Source: the human T2T-CHM13v2.0 reference genome, Homo sapiens. Taken from it: a stretch of DNA of 64,000 nucleotides. The stretch lies in NCBI RefSeq assembly GCF_009914755.1, contig NC_060926.1; one strand, 5' to 3'. A program made the translations under genes and the position numbers. The notes under the pieces were generated by a model. That model ran no database searches. It had not been told where the DNA came from and was given only the letters and a program-made list of their open reading frames with translations. This document shows, piece after piece, positions 30,725 to 45,665 of the stretch (the stretch's first letter is position 1; each line of letters opens with the position of its first letter).

Positions 30725-31191
30725 ACTATAGTTTGGATATAATTTGTTTGGCCCCACCAAGTGTCATGCTGAAATCTGATCCCTGAAGGCACCTCACGGG
30801 AGGAAGGTGGGGCCTAACGGGTGGTGCTCGGGTCTTAAGGCGGGTCCCTCACAATGGCTTGGTGCCCTCTTGTAGGTAATGAGGGAGGCCCTGCTCTATC
30901 AGTTCTCACAAGAGTTCTCCCAAGAGCTGGTTGTTAAAAACAGCCTGGCACCTTCCCTTCCTCTCTCTTGCTTTCACTCTCCCTGTGTGACCTCTGCACA
31001 CCAACTCCCCTTCGGCTTCTGCCGTGGTAGGAAGCAGCCTGAAGCCCTCAACAGAAGCCCTCAACAGAAGAAGATGCTGGTACCACATTTCCTGTAGAGC
31101 CTGCAGAACCATGAGCCAGATAAACCTCCATTCTTTATAATTACCCAGCCTCAGGTATTCCTCTATAGCAATACAAAAATAGACTAAAACA
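30725..31191 (+). mobile_element. MSTB-like LTR inserted in a MIR
   Basis: tatagtttggatat..; ccagcctcaggtattcctctatagcaatacaaaaatagactaaaaca. Confidence 0.88.
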
Positions 31192-31215
31192 AGGCACATA
31201 GTAAAGTTCCATACA

Positions 31216-31602
<387 letters not shown>

Positions 31603-34171
31603 TTATTGCTAGGAGCTGAAGAGTAATCTATATTTTTCAGTTTCAGTTTTACTGGCAGTGAAATACCATCCTGGCTATATCAGGCTACCTTAGACCCAGT
31701 TTTAAATCGTATGTCATTTTCATCTCTTTGTATCTCAGATTCCCAGGAATTTGCAGTACAAGACTGTGGTTTACTAATTCTTGGATCATTCATTCATCAT
31801 TTAATAATCTATCTGCAGAGCATGCTAAATCCATGGGAAAGAGAGGAGGAGGTAAGTGTGAGAAGGGTTCAATTCCCTGCACGTGCACACCACTTCTACC
31901 AGACCCCTCCTGTCACTGAGGAGGGCCAGGGTGGGGACTGTGGGGATCTTCTCCCTCACACATCTTAGAGTTCCTCCTCCCAAGTCTACGTGTTCCAGGC
32001 TGTATAAAAGATCATCAAAGACGCTGGAAACTTGATTTGCTTGTTTATCCACAAGTGCCAGCCTCAGTACACCCTACATTTTCTTAGGCTCTCTTCTTCC
32101 CATTAATTGGCTAAATTCCCCTGAGAGTTTATAAGATGGACTTGTTTGGCAGCTTGTGTCCGCACACAGCCCGAAGCAGCCGGTACCTCCGCCTCAACAT
32201 CCCAGGTCCCATCATAAATAAGTCAAACCTGCCTTCTGAATTGCGTTGGTGAGCATAGTTGGCCAGTGCCTGCCTGTGCGGTGGAGCCCTTTCTGCGACT
32301 GAACGGGCCTCCTAGAAGGAGCTGAAGCGGGCAGGGGAACCTCAAGGAATCCAGACGTTCAGTTAGGGTTGGTGTTCCCAAAGTTCACGTCCTATCATCT
32401 TGATTCAAAAATTTTTAATGGGCAAAATTGGCTGGAACTACCACCAAAACTCATATATAAGAAACGAATGGTCCAGAAACTCTTCAGTTATAAAATACGA
32501 AGAAAAAAATACTTAGAAATTTCGACTTCAAAAAAGTTCATTCTTATAAGGGGGCTAAGTTCCTCTGAAGATTATAAATGAGGTCATATATGCAAAATGC
32601 ATCAAACAATGCCTGACTCATTGTTAACACACAAATATAAGCTTTTGGTATTATCAACTTGCTGCTTGCAAATTTTTCTGGACTCACCATATAAAACACA
32701 TACCCGAGTTTTGTTTTTCTTTGTTTCTAATCAAATTTGCAACTTGTTTATAAACACCAAATTCCTATTCGATTTTTAAGGAAATTCTATATCTCTTAGA
32801 CAATGTAAGACTTAAGCTTTTTGTTTATTTAAAATAAATAAATTTAAACCAGCTTATTATGGGGTATAAACTTAGTCTTGATTTTAAACTTGTAATAGCA
32901 GAAATAGGAGAAATACAGGACTCACAAATTCATATATGAGTGTATGTGTAGGAGTTAATAACCAAAGGTTGAGTTTCTTTACAGTAGGATTTCTCTAGAA
33001 CTTAAAAATCTAATTTCCCTGTTGTAGAGTTAACCCTTAAAATCAACCTGATGGAGAGCAGAAACATAACCACCACGATGGATGAACCAGTAAGAAGTGG
33101 CTATAACTTCTAAAGGGCTGAGCACAGCCCAGGACTGCGTCTGGGAGAGCACCAGTTGAATTGTTCACCCCCGAAACAACACAGGAGGACATTCATTGGT
33201 CAGGCTCATGCAAGTTTCCAATCTGCTTGACTGGTATGGCTCTTCCTACAAACCAGCTCATCGGCATTATAGTCTTGATCAGTTCTTGTCCCTAAAACGA
33301 CAGAGTTCCTGAGCCTTCAGGGAAGAGGGTCACATTCTTGACCCCAATTGCTTCCCCAGGTAGGGCCCAGCCTGGCTACCAGCCGGCTTCTCCAGGCAGC
33401 ACATTGCACACTCTGGAGCAAGTCGGCCCCCAAACTCAACCAGTCATCTTCATGGATATGCCGTTGGCCGACAAACCCACGTCCCCACCTCATCTCCAAA
33501 GTTCTGATGATTGCAACATTCACACTTTCACTCAACCTTACCACTTTGGGCTGTGATCCTCTTAGGGCCACAGTAGGTGAAATCTTAGCCAGATGGGTGT
33601 GGCCTCACAGCAAGACTTGGCTACAGCCCCTGTGGCTGCATCCGTCCTTATGAGTGAACTCTTTCCACAGATCATAGGAGCATGTTTCTCCCACTTCAGT
33701 CAGCAGCTTTCCCCTGGACAGCCTTCCAGGCTTCCACTACTGCCCCCCTACCCCACTGCCCAGGGTTCAATAGTTGCCATTTCCAACTGGTCCTTCTGGT
33801 GTGCCCTGGAGAGCATTCCCTGGGCCTACGCAATCTTCCAACTTAAGAATGCTCTGCAGACATCACTCTGGTTGCTCAAGGTGGGGCAGTAAACTTTTAT
33901 TTACAGGTCATCTGATAACCCTGAACTCTAGCCCAATGACCTGGAGAAGATGAAAGGCAGCTGCATTGCTCAAGGTGAAAAAGAGACACAGGCTAGCAGA
34001 AAGACACACAGTGAATAACACCATCAAAGGAACGGATGCATGGGAAGAGGAGAGATGGTGATGCCAGCCAGATGTGGCCGTGGGCTGGTGTTTCCTCTGG
34101 CCAGCAGTTCCAATGACACCTCCTCCTGAGGGCTTTACAGGGTGCCCAAATCGAACAATGCCATACTCTGA

Positions 34172-34734
<563 letters not shown>

Positions 34735-35677
34735 TAAAATTGTATTTCATTGAGTGAAATCTGTTCCTAAGGAATTGCTTTCCAATGAGATAGTCCGGGC
34801 AGTCCTTTCTTCAGACTCTCCCTGACCCCATCACATACGAGGCTTCCCTCTGACAATGTCTGACTTCCCCTTGCTCCTGGAAGGAGCTGAGGGAGGGACA
34901 TCAATTCATTATGACACTGGCTTTTCTCAGCCTCTTGGAACCACGGGCCTACTTATGCCACCTCGGTGTTTCCCTGAGAAGATATGCTTGGGCTCAACCT
35001 GTCTGCACTCATTTCTAACTCCCTTAGGCTTCCTTGTGTTGGGTAAGGCATTCTCCATTTCGGTTGAATTTTTTAAGTTTACTACTCAAAAGTATCACTT
35101 ATCAGGTCCCCAAATGGTCTAGGCAAATACGTGTTCACATTAGCCACTGTCTTCTAGGAAAAATTCTCCTAAAGTATTATTAAAAATCTGCTCCTTGATG
35201 AGTAATCACTTGCTTTCTCTTTCCCCTTCTCGTCATTGTTTACTGTGCTCCGAATGTTTGCCAAAGGCGCAGGTGGGAGCCGTTCTGCGGCACGGGAGGC
35301 TTATTATTCACGTGCATTTCCACCGTGCAGTTGAGAACTGATGATATCACAGCAGTGATATCTCTGTGGTTTCTATGAGCAGAACGGATGGAAGCGATAC
35401 ACCAGGCTCATCAAACCAGACCCAGGCAAATGCAGCCCTCAGGTCATCACGCGCAGCTCTCTTCTGCTGGTGTCTGCAAAGCATTCTAAGAGCCTGGCTT
35501 GAAAATGCTTAAAAGCGCAAGGTGTACGTTTTCAGAACAAAATTAATCCACCCAGTCTGCACAAACAGCTCCAAGATCTTCTGCGGTATAATTGACATAT
35601 AAGTCACAATCATAAAAGTGAATCAGCCACGTCCCTGAAACACAGTCGGAGATGAGGTGCTAACTTCTTGAAGTGGC

Positions 35678-36157
35678 TGCATGAGTTTTCTTTGGCTGCT
35701 GTAACAAACCATCACATCAGTGGCTTAAACAACCCGAATCTATTAAAAGTCCAACGCAGGTGTCGCTGAGCTAGAATTGAGGTGTCAGCAGGCCTGTGTT
35801 CTTTCTGAAGAATGCAGGGGAGAAGCTGTTTCCTTATCTTTTCCAGCTTCTAGGAACCACCCATCTATTTTGACTCGGGGCCCCTCTTCCACCTTCAAAG
35901 CCAGCGATGGTGCCTTCCCCTGCCTTCCTTCCAGAGCCCTCTCTCCCTCTCCAGTTCTGCTGCCCTCTAATCCTTGTAGGATCCTTAAACATTGGGCCCA
36001 TTTGGACAATTCAGAATAATCTCTCTGTTTTAAAGTCAATTAGTAGCTTTAATTTTATCCACAGCATCAATTTCCCTTTCCATGTAATGTAACACACACA
36101 GAGATTTTAGGGCCTGTGACAGGAACCCCTCTAGGGGGCTATTTTTCTGCAGACCAG
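35678..36157 (-). mobile_element. MLT1D-like LTR
   Basis: ggctgctgtaacaaaccatcac..tggcttaaacaac; cattgggcccatttggacaattcagaataatctc. Confidence 0.85.
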
Positions 36158-36308
36158 TGGTGACCTACTTATCCAGGGATGTATCTCACTCACTGCCCAG
36201 CAGTGCTGGAGCCAGGTTGCAGGTGCCAGTTTGCCTGGAAGGTGAAGAAGGTGTTTGCATCTGGACCTGGCCTCGGCACTTGCTGGTGTGTGCCCTTGGG
36301 AAAGTCAC

Positions 36309-36715
36309 TGTGTTAGTTTGGATTCCCAGGGTTTGGGGCACAAGGCATTTATTTTGGAAGTAATTCCAGGAAGCACTGTGAGGGTGTGGGGACATTCGTC
36401 AGGGCAGGAAGCTAAAAAGGAATAAGCTATGAGTAGGTGGCCACTGTGGGCAGTGGGGCTCAGGCCTTCTAGGGACCCTTAGAATTGTCCTGCTGCAGGG
36501 CACAAATGCCCTGTATTCCTCAACCCCCCGCCCCCCAGTCCCGCTCAATGACTGAGAGCTGCTCCTGGAACCCTGTCCTGCCCTGGTGTGGGTTGAGTCT
36601 GCTCCCAGGGCCGGAGGACATCCTGAGGCAAAAAGTGACACAGGAAACTGTCCCCAGTCAGCAGGCGGCTCTGGGCAAGCCAAGTAGATGTGGATGGGGC
36701 ACGGCTAGCAACCGC
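36309..36715 (-). mobile_element. Old ERVL LTR (LTR33/LTR16-like)
   Basis: tgtgttagtttggattccc..tttattttggaagtaattccaggaagcac..ccactgtgggcagtggggctca. Confidence 0.65.
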
Positions 36716-36717
36716 CA

Positions 36718-36880
36718 CATTCTCTGAGCCTCGGTTTCCTCAGCTGTAAACATAGGAGGATAATGATACTATGTACCTACACTGAGGTCATTGTGAGGAT
36801 CAACTGGGACAATACAAGCTCATTAATTAGCACAGTACCTGGCACACACTCGGCACCCAAGGCATGCCATGGTTATTATT
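36718..36880 (+). mobile_element. MIR
   Basis: tctctgagcctcggtttcctcagctgtaaa core. Confidence 0.85.
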
Positions 36881-36959
36881 CTATCGACTCCCTGGCTGTG
36901 TGGCCCACGATGAGTGACCTCGTCCTCTCCTGCTCTGTTTCCTCACTTGTGACCTGACA

Positions 36960-37520
36960 AAACTCATTCATTCATGCCTCCCATCCCTGGGGAGTCAGGC
37001 ACAGTGTGAGAAGCTAGGACACTGAGTGACACAGCAGACACCATCCTCGCTCACGTGGCCCTTCCAAGCCTGCTCTGAGAGACAGATGGCAGCCAAACAA
37101 TCCTACAAGTAACAATAAGAGGAAGCTGGGAAGGCGCTGAGAGAGAGGGGTACACGATGTCGGGGGACATGCCAGGGTGGGAATGGTGGGGAGGGTTGGG
37201 GGGCTTCTGTTAGCAAGTTGAGGCTGCTTGAGAGCCTGAGAGAGGGATCCCTGAGGACAACAGAGGAAGGAGAGCTCTTTGGGCAGCAGCAACACGTGCA
37301 GAGGACCTGGGGCTGGAAGGAGCCAGGTGAATTCAATAAACTGCACCAAGGAAGGGGTGGTGTGGCTTGAGCAAGAAGGGCAGGGAGGGGCGGGCACAGG
37401 GTGGGTCGAGGAGCAGTCAAGGGCCTGGCATCTCAGGTCAAGTTCAGTCTTATCCAAGGAACCATGAGAAGTCACTGAAGTTGGACTTACGTTCTGGAAG
37501 GTTCCTTCCAGCTCCAAACT
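36960..37520 (-). mobile_element. L2 fragment
   Basis: cattcattcat..aggcacagtg..; gagttcagtcttatccaaggaaccatgagaagtcactgaag. Confidence 0.7.
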
Positions 37521-38305
37521 GTAGTGGGTAACATAACATCTAAACACCTGCCTATAATGCAAGACAGAAGGAAGGGATGCTTTGCTTCATTTTGTAATTA
37601 ACCTTAGATTATTTTGCCAGCTATTCTAATCATTTCTTGCCTAGCTCAAAGCCCTGGAATGATCTGAAATCAATCAGCCAATCAATCTTTTCTTTTTAAA
37701 AGATACAAGAAAGCAGACAGCAGAGTCTCCATTCAACGTTTAGCTCACCCTTTGGTGGGCAGCAACTCACGTGTGGACATTCATAACTTCACCATGGGTT
37801 GGAGAGGCTCCGCTGATGGGGGAGGGTGGCCCCACGGGCACGGACTGTCTTCGTGCCATCTTATTTCTGACGCTGTGCTACAGCCGGGGCGCCTGTGTGT
37901 TGTGTTTGGTCAGGCAGGTCCATTGTCTTTGTCCCAGTTCAATTCAACTTCAATCAAGTCCATAACCTTTAACTGAGCAGCCTACTATTGTAGGGTCACA
38001 GTGCCTTTCCACAGGGCCTGGGAACTCAGACCAAACCACAGCTTTCCCTTACATCCTGGTGGATTCTCAAGAATGTTCTGGCCGGATGGTAAGGAGAGCT
38101 GTTTACTCATTATAATGCCCCATCACCATCAGGTGAACAATCTGGAAAGACCCCTGCAGGCCAGAAGGAAGGGGAGCTCCTCAGGGATCAATGTGTGCAG
38201 CCAACATGGCAGTCCACAGCTCCAAGCTGGACCTCTGAGTCCTCCGGTGTGCTTTGTGGACATACCGAGAAGGCACTGGTGCTACGGATGAAATGGACAA
38301 CATAG

Positions 38306-38674
38306 TGTTAGGGGCTGCCTGTTTGTGCCCCAACACCACATTCACATGTTAGAGCTCTCATGAATCTCCAGTGTCATGCTAGATAGAGATGGGGACTTTG
38401 GGAGGTGATTGGGTTTAGATGAGGTCATGAGAGTGGGGTCCCTATGATGATATTAGTATCCTTATAAGAAGAGGAAGAGGGACCAGAACTGTCCTGCTCT
38501 CTCTTCTGTGTGAGGACACAGCCAGAAGCCAGGAAGAGAGCCCTCGCCAGGAACCCGATCTGCTGGTGCCTTGATCCTGGACTTCCAGCCTCCAGGACTG
38601 TGAGCAATAAAGGTCTGCTCTTAAGTCACCCAGTCTATGGCATTTTGTTATAGCAGCCTGAGCTGACTCATACA
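38306..38674 (+). mobile_element. MLT1A LTR
   Basis: gggaggtgattgggtttagatgaggtcatgagagtggggtcc..; gttatagcagcctgagctgactcataca. Confidence 0.9.
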
Positions 38675-41552
38675 TGTGGCTACACACATCTGCTGGGATT
38701 CTTCTGCTAGATGGGATTACGTTTTACTAGAGAGGCTGATTCAGCTATGGCTCAACTTCGTGATCTTTCTTCTGTGGCTGCCTGTTATCCCTGTGAGCTG
38801 GAGGTAACAGGATCTGTGAGACAAATGCAGAATCAGGCTTGTTAGGGCAGTCAGTGTTCTCAGTCCCCCAACACTAGGGCTGCCTCTCCATCAGCGCCTT
38901 CAAGGGAATACAGTTTGGGATACAATCATGGCCAGCCTGCCCTGCCAGGCTTTGGATGCTGACCTCGACCTTCCACTGCTGTCTTCCAGGATGCCTCTCT
39001 GAAAAGGAGCAACGGCTGAGGTTGCCAGTGAGTGGCATGTGCCATGCAGGGGACAGTGGAATTCCTTGGGTATTGTGGGAGTTTCTCAGGGCACCCTTCC
39101 CGTTCTGCACTATTGCTGGTGACCTCCCGTGGCCTGAGGTGTTCATACGTGGAGTGGTGGACACCGCAGCCATGAAAGGGACTGAGTGTGACAGAGCCAT
39201 CACTTTCTGAACCAGAGCTCCATCTTCCAGAGATTCCAGAGGATGAGGCTCACTGGGAAATCTCTCTAAGTCAAAATGCTTCCTGTCCCCAGGCCCCAAT
39301 CCAGACCAACTGTAAAACCTGATAATGTGCACGTTTAACCATGTTTAACAAGCATCCAGGAGACACACAGAAGCAGGGCCGTTTTGGAAACACCGACTGG
39401 GCATCCCTTCACACCAACCTTTCCACATTTGCAGCTACACGTCTTTTATACAACTCGTTTATTTCTATCCAAAGCAGCCCAGAGCTCCACAGGCCTGAAG
39501 TCAGGTCCGGATTTTCCAGCTGTCACCCACGCAAGCCTCTCTAAGCCTTACTGAAGGGGATACTGGTGTGTCCTCCTGGAGGAACTCATTCCCTGATGTC
39601 TGTGCTCCCACAGTTTAGGGGACCCTGACTCTGCCCGTGGCCCCTCAGGTCCCCATCCTGCCCTATGATAGAGGGTTCTGCTTCTTCTCACCACCGCCCT
39701 TCCCCACTCCCCTGCACCCCATCCACCACTCACTTTCTCCCTGTAGCTTTGCTCCACCACTGACTCAGCTATTAAGTGGCCTACACTGAAAATAAGTGCA
39801 TGTTCTGGGCACAGGGCGTACCAGGAGGATGCATGCCAACCGCAGAGCTCCTGCTGCTCCAGGGAAAACAGGCACATAGCAACAGGCCGGGACTCTGCAG
39901 GACAGACCAGGCAGGCCCAGGGGCACGTGGCAACTACTCATCCTATTTGGGAAGGAAAGGGATGGGGAAGATCCAGAGGCCTGACATTGAATTTGTTTGG
40001 GGGACATAGTTACTAGTAATGTTCAATGATTCTAAACTTTACTTGATTGCAACCATATGTAGTAAGTGCCTATGCTTTGCCAAGCCATGAGATAAGGAGA
40101 CAGAGATAAACGAGATACTATCCTGGAGGGACTTACAGGCTAGAGAGGGAGAGAGACTCAGACAGAGAGCATCTCTGTGAGATGTGCTTAGGGCCCTGAA
40201 GGGCGTGTGAGCAGGTGCCTGGACACCTGAGGGGCTGTGCTGAGGTCTGCCCTGACTCCTCCCTGAGAGGACGTTCATTCTCAGGGAAGGCAGCTCATCA
40301 TGCATTGTCTTGGTTCCCTCTCAGTATCCTGAGACAATTACTATGCCCAAAGGAAAGGCAGGAGAAACTCATATTAAATATGGCACTCACCTAAAAGATT
40401 TATAAATGAACATTTGGGAAGGAATAGATATCTTTTGATGTAAATTTTTTATTCCTAGCTTCTAAGTATCCTCAGAATTATTAAAACATAGATTCTACAA
40501 GTTGTACTCAAAATGAATTAGCTTTAGATTTGAGCTGCTGACAGAGTAATGACAGAGAATAGTTAAAACAGGTTTGTCTGGTCATAAATATTTTACTTGC
40601 TAGGCTCAGCAAGCTGCGGGCAGACACTTGCCCTCATAAGTAAGTATCGATTAAATTCTAGTCTGGAATCAGGACGCATAATTGATGGTTTGATGATTTG
40701 AGAAATCACACTCTGCAAATGAAAACAGACATTACTTGAGTCACATTGAAGGAGGTACTTATTTTATACCAAAACTCAAGGGGAAGCAGGGTTGTCATAT
40801 GAGTCAGACGCAAAGGTCACGTTGCAGAGTCTGGCAGAATGGGTCTTCATGACTGCACAGAGGCATAGAATTCTTCCCGAGAAGTATAGAATTTGAGCTG
40901 GAAGGTTCCTTGGGCTCATCCAGTCTAGCTTCATGCTAAGACATGCATCATTCTCTAATACCCAACTGATGACCGTCCATTTGTGAACACTTCTGTTCTT
41001 AAGATTTTTATTTCTGGATGGGACAGCAGAAGGCAAACCCTGAACAAGCACATATCAAACTTAGACTTTTTAGTCTACATATTCACACATCCCTTCACTC
41101 ATCAAATAACGATAGCACAAAGAAAGTCTATTGCCAGCACTCCATAGTGACTTAGCTGAAAGAATTTTTCTGTTGGCGCTCAATAGGTTACAAATTCAGG
41201 ATATTTCAAGACTAATAATGAAGTCGTAGATCCAGTGGAACACGTTCTGTCTTTCAGCTCTCCTTTTTTGGTTTCACAAGAATATAGTTTTGGGGAGGAA
41301 ACCTGGTATGGAGTCTACACAGACTCAGAAGCCAGGGACGAGACACTGTGATGGTCTGAGCTTGAGCAAGACTTGTGGGTCAAGAGGAAACTAGCCTGGT
41401 GTCAGTGCATTGACACCCACAGGGAATTAGGTGACCAAACAAGGTCTGTCTGAGTTTGGCTAGGTACCGCCTGCCTGTGGCCTCCTAGGTAATCTGGGGC
41501 CTGTGTCTTAGCCACACACTAATAATATTTTTGTTCTCTCTCTCTCTCTCCC

Positions 41553-41901
<349 letters not shown>

Positions 41902-42936
41902 TAAGGCTGTGCTAAACTCTACAGCACAACTTCACTTCAGCAACCGTAGGTAGCTGAATTGGGAAAGGATAGAGATGCCAACTGTGTAGTAACAGAGGCC
42001 ACTGGTCATGGTGATTTCCAGGACAGAACTCTGGAGAAGCCACCCTACTCAGGGATCAATTTCAAGGTCCCAAGGAAACACCCAGCTCTAGAATTCTATG
42101 CTTCAGTGTAGTTGCAGACACCCATTCTGCCATATTCTCCAGTGCGACCTTTGCATCTGACTTATAGGGCAACTTTGCTTCCCCTAGAGTTTTGGTACAA
42201 AACAAGTGCATCCTTCAATGTTACGCAAGTGATTCTGTCTTCATTTGCAGAGTGTGATTTCTCAAATCATCAATCCATCAATGATGTGTCCTGATTCCAG
42301 ACTAGTGCTCTCACAGAACAAACAGGGATAATTTGCACCTTTTATGTAAAAACTAACAACAAACACTATAAGAAAGTGCTCCTTGGACTTAGAAAGAACA
42401 CCAGGTGCTTGTGAAAGCCTGGGTAACTCAAGACACAGGAATGGGCAGGGGAGGCTCCTGTTCCTCTGCCAGGCTGGGCACAGAGTCTTGAGTGTAGGGC
42501 AGAAAAGAGAGGCCCAGTTTCCCAGGGTGGTCTGAGCCTGCATTCAAGGTTGTAGAATCATCAGAAGCCAGGAGGGCCTTGACGACCTCCAGACAAACAC
42601 TGGGCAGATGCTCAGCCTGCTTTGAGGAATTAAAAAACAAATTCTCCTGTGGATGAGGCTTCAAGCCACTTGGAAGAATGCAAAGGGGCCATTCCAGGGA
42701 GAACGTTGCGGCACCTGCGCTGTTGTCTAGAGGCCACCTTACTGCTCTCGAGAGATACTGATGAGCAGATCTGTGGGCAAAGGCAGTGTCGTTACCTGCC
42801 ATGGAAACCTAAGCCTAGGGCCAGCTATGTAATTTGTGGGGCCAGGGGAAAAGTAAAAACATGAGGCCCTTGTTTGAAAGTTATTAAGAATTTTGAGAGA
42901 GCAACAGAGCAAAACACTAAACTCAGCATTTAAGCC

Positions 42937-43699
<763 letters not shown>

Positions 43700-44804
43700 T
43701 GGTCCTTCTGGGCACAACGATCTGGGCACCTGCACAGGTTGCACACCCATGAAGTGGGCACTGCGTAAGTCCCTGGAAATCTCAGCTCCACACAGAGGAT
43801 TAGAGCAGAGGCCATGCCAGGAGTCCCTTATTTCCAGCCAATGACCCTCTTGTAGAATCAATTTATTCTCTACAGCCCCAGCCTGTGGTCTTTTCAGGCA
43901 ACATGGGTCTAGCAGCCATCAGGGAAGGTCTGTGGTTGCCTGGATCCCAGTGGGCCTGACAAGCCAGGACGACACAGGCTCATACCCCACCAAAGGGAGG
44001 ACTCCCATCTCTCTCTGGAGGCTGCTCTTCTTGTAGGACAGAGGGTGCATTGCTGGTTTCTTCATTATGAAACATGCCCTTCCGTCCATTATGTTACTAA
44101 GGCACCCTGGCCCAGGAAACCCTAGGCTTGAAATTACCCCAAGAGTCTGGAGCGAGGCCTTTCTGGGGTAGTGCCACTCCCATCCAGAGCCTCTTTGCTC
44201 TGGGCTTCCTCTGCCTCCATATCTGGTCACCTGGACCTAACCTGAAGCTGCTGTAACAAACTGCCACAAGCTGATTGGCTTGAGACAGCACAAATTTATT
44301 ATCTCACGATGCTGAAGGTCAGATGTACCCAAGTCAGACTCACTGGGCTAAAACCAAGATGGCAGCAGGGCTGGACTCCCCCCCCCAGAGCCCCTTACCC
44401 CTGAGTTCTGGGCACGCCTGCCTGATGCACCCATGCCAGGGGAAGCAGCATGGAGCTTGTTCCACTCTCAGTGCACCACCCTCCTTCCCACAGGCTCCGG
44501 CGCACCCTCTGGCAGCACGCTGCCTATCTGCCAGCCTTCATGCATGGCTGCACTCCACAGACGCCCTGGTCACCAGCCATCATCCAGCTGATCCCCAGCT
44601 GGTACTCACCGGGACCACCATGCTGCTTGTTACTGTTGAAATCCATCCATGCCAAGTTGGCCAATAGCACCTGCCTGATGCCCCCGCTCCTACTCAGGGA
44701 CCTTGGTAGGACCTAGCAACTGCAGAGGTAACACCTGGCCATGTGGAGGTCTCAAGACCCTGCCCCAGTGGCACAAGTGACCTCTGCTTGGATTGGCTGA
44801 CGCC

Positions 44805-45665
44805 TGCGGTGGGCAGAGAAATGGCTCCTGAGGATGTCTACATGTGTATTCGGCCATCCTTGCGCTGCTGTAAAGAAATTCTTGAGGCTGAATAATTTAT
44901 AAAGAAAAGAAGTTTAATTGGCTTATTGTTCTGCAGACTATACAGGAAGCACAGTGCCAGCATCTGCTTGGCTTCTGGGGAGGCCCAGGAAGCTCCAATC
45001 ATGGCGAAGGTGAAGGGGGAGCAGGTGTCTCACATGGCAGGAATGGGAGCGAGAGAGAGAGAGAGTGGGGGTGGTGCCGCACGCTTTGAACAACCAGATC
45101 TCCTGTGAACTCACTCACGACCAATGGGATGGCCCAGGCCACTCATGAGGGACTCTCCCCTGTGATCCAAACACCACCCGCCAGGCTCCACCTCCAACAA
45201 TGGGGATCTCATTTCAACATGAGATTTGGGTGGAGATAAACATCCAAACTATATCAACAAACTAATCCCCAGAACCTGTGAAGATGCGGGCATACACGGC
45301 AGTGTCTTACCCTGGAGGTGATCCTGGACTCTCTGGGGGCAGGGAGCAATGTAGTCGCCAAGGTCCTTATGAGAGGCAAGAGGGTCGGGGTCAGAGAAGC
45401 AGATGTGACAATGGAAGCAGAAGTTGGACTAGAGGAAGGAGCCAGGAGTCAAGGATGCAGGTGACCCCTAGGGCTGGAAAGGAGGTAGAATGAATGCTCC
45501 CCTGGAGCCTCCAGAAGGAACCAGCCCTGCTGCCATCTTGGTTTTAGCCCAGTGAGACTGACTTGGGGACATCTGACCTTCAGCGTCCTGAGATAATAAG
45601 TATGTGCTGTCTCAATCCAATCGGCTTGTGGCAGTTTGTTACAGCAGCAACAGGGAATGAATACA
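44805..45665 (+). mobile_element. MLT1D-like LTR split by MSTB
   Basis: tgcggtgggcag..aataca; TSD acgcc/atgcc. Confidence 0.85.
44845..45256 (-). mobile_element. MSTB-like LTR
   Basis: tgtattcggccatccttgcgctgctgtaaagaaat..catccaaactatatca. Confidence 0.9.

Noticed and set aside
31041-31070. 13-bp tandem duplication gaagccctcaaca in MSTB
   Set aside because: Ordinary slippage inside an LTR
37014-37562. 182-aa ORF
   Set aside because: Lies within an L2 relic; no domain
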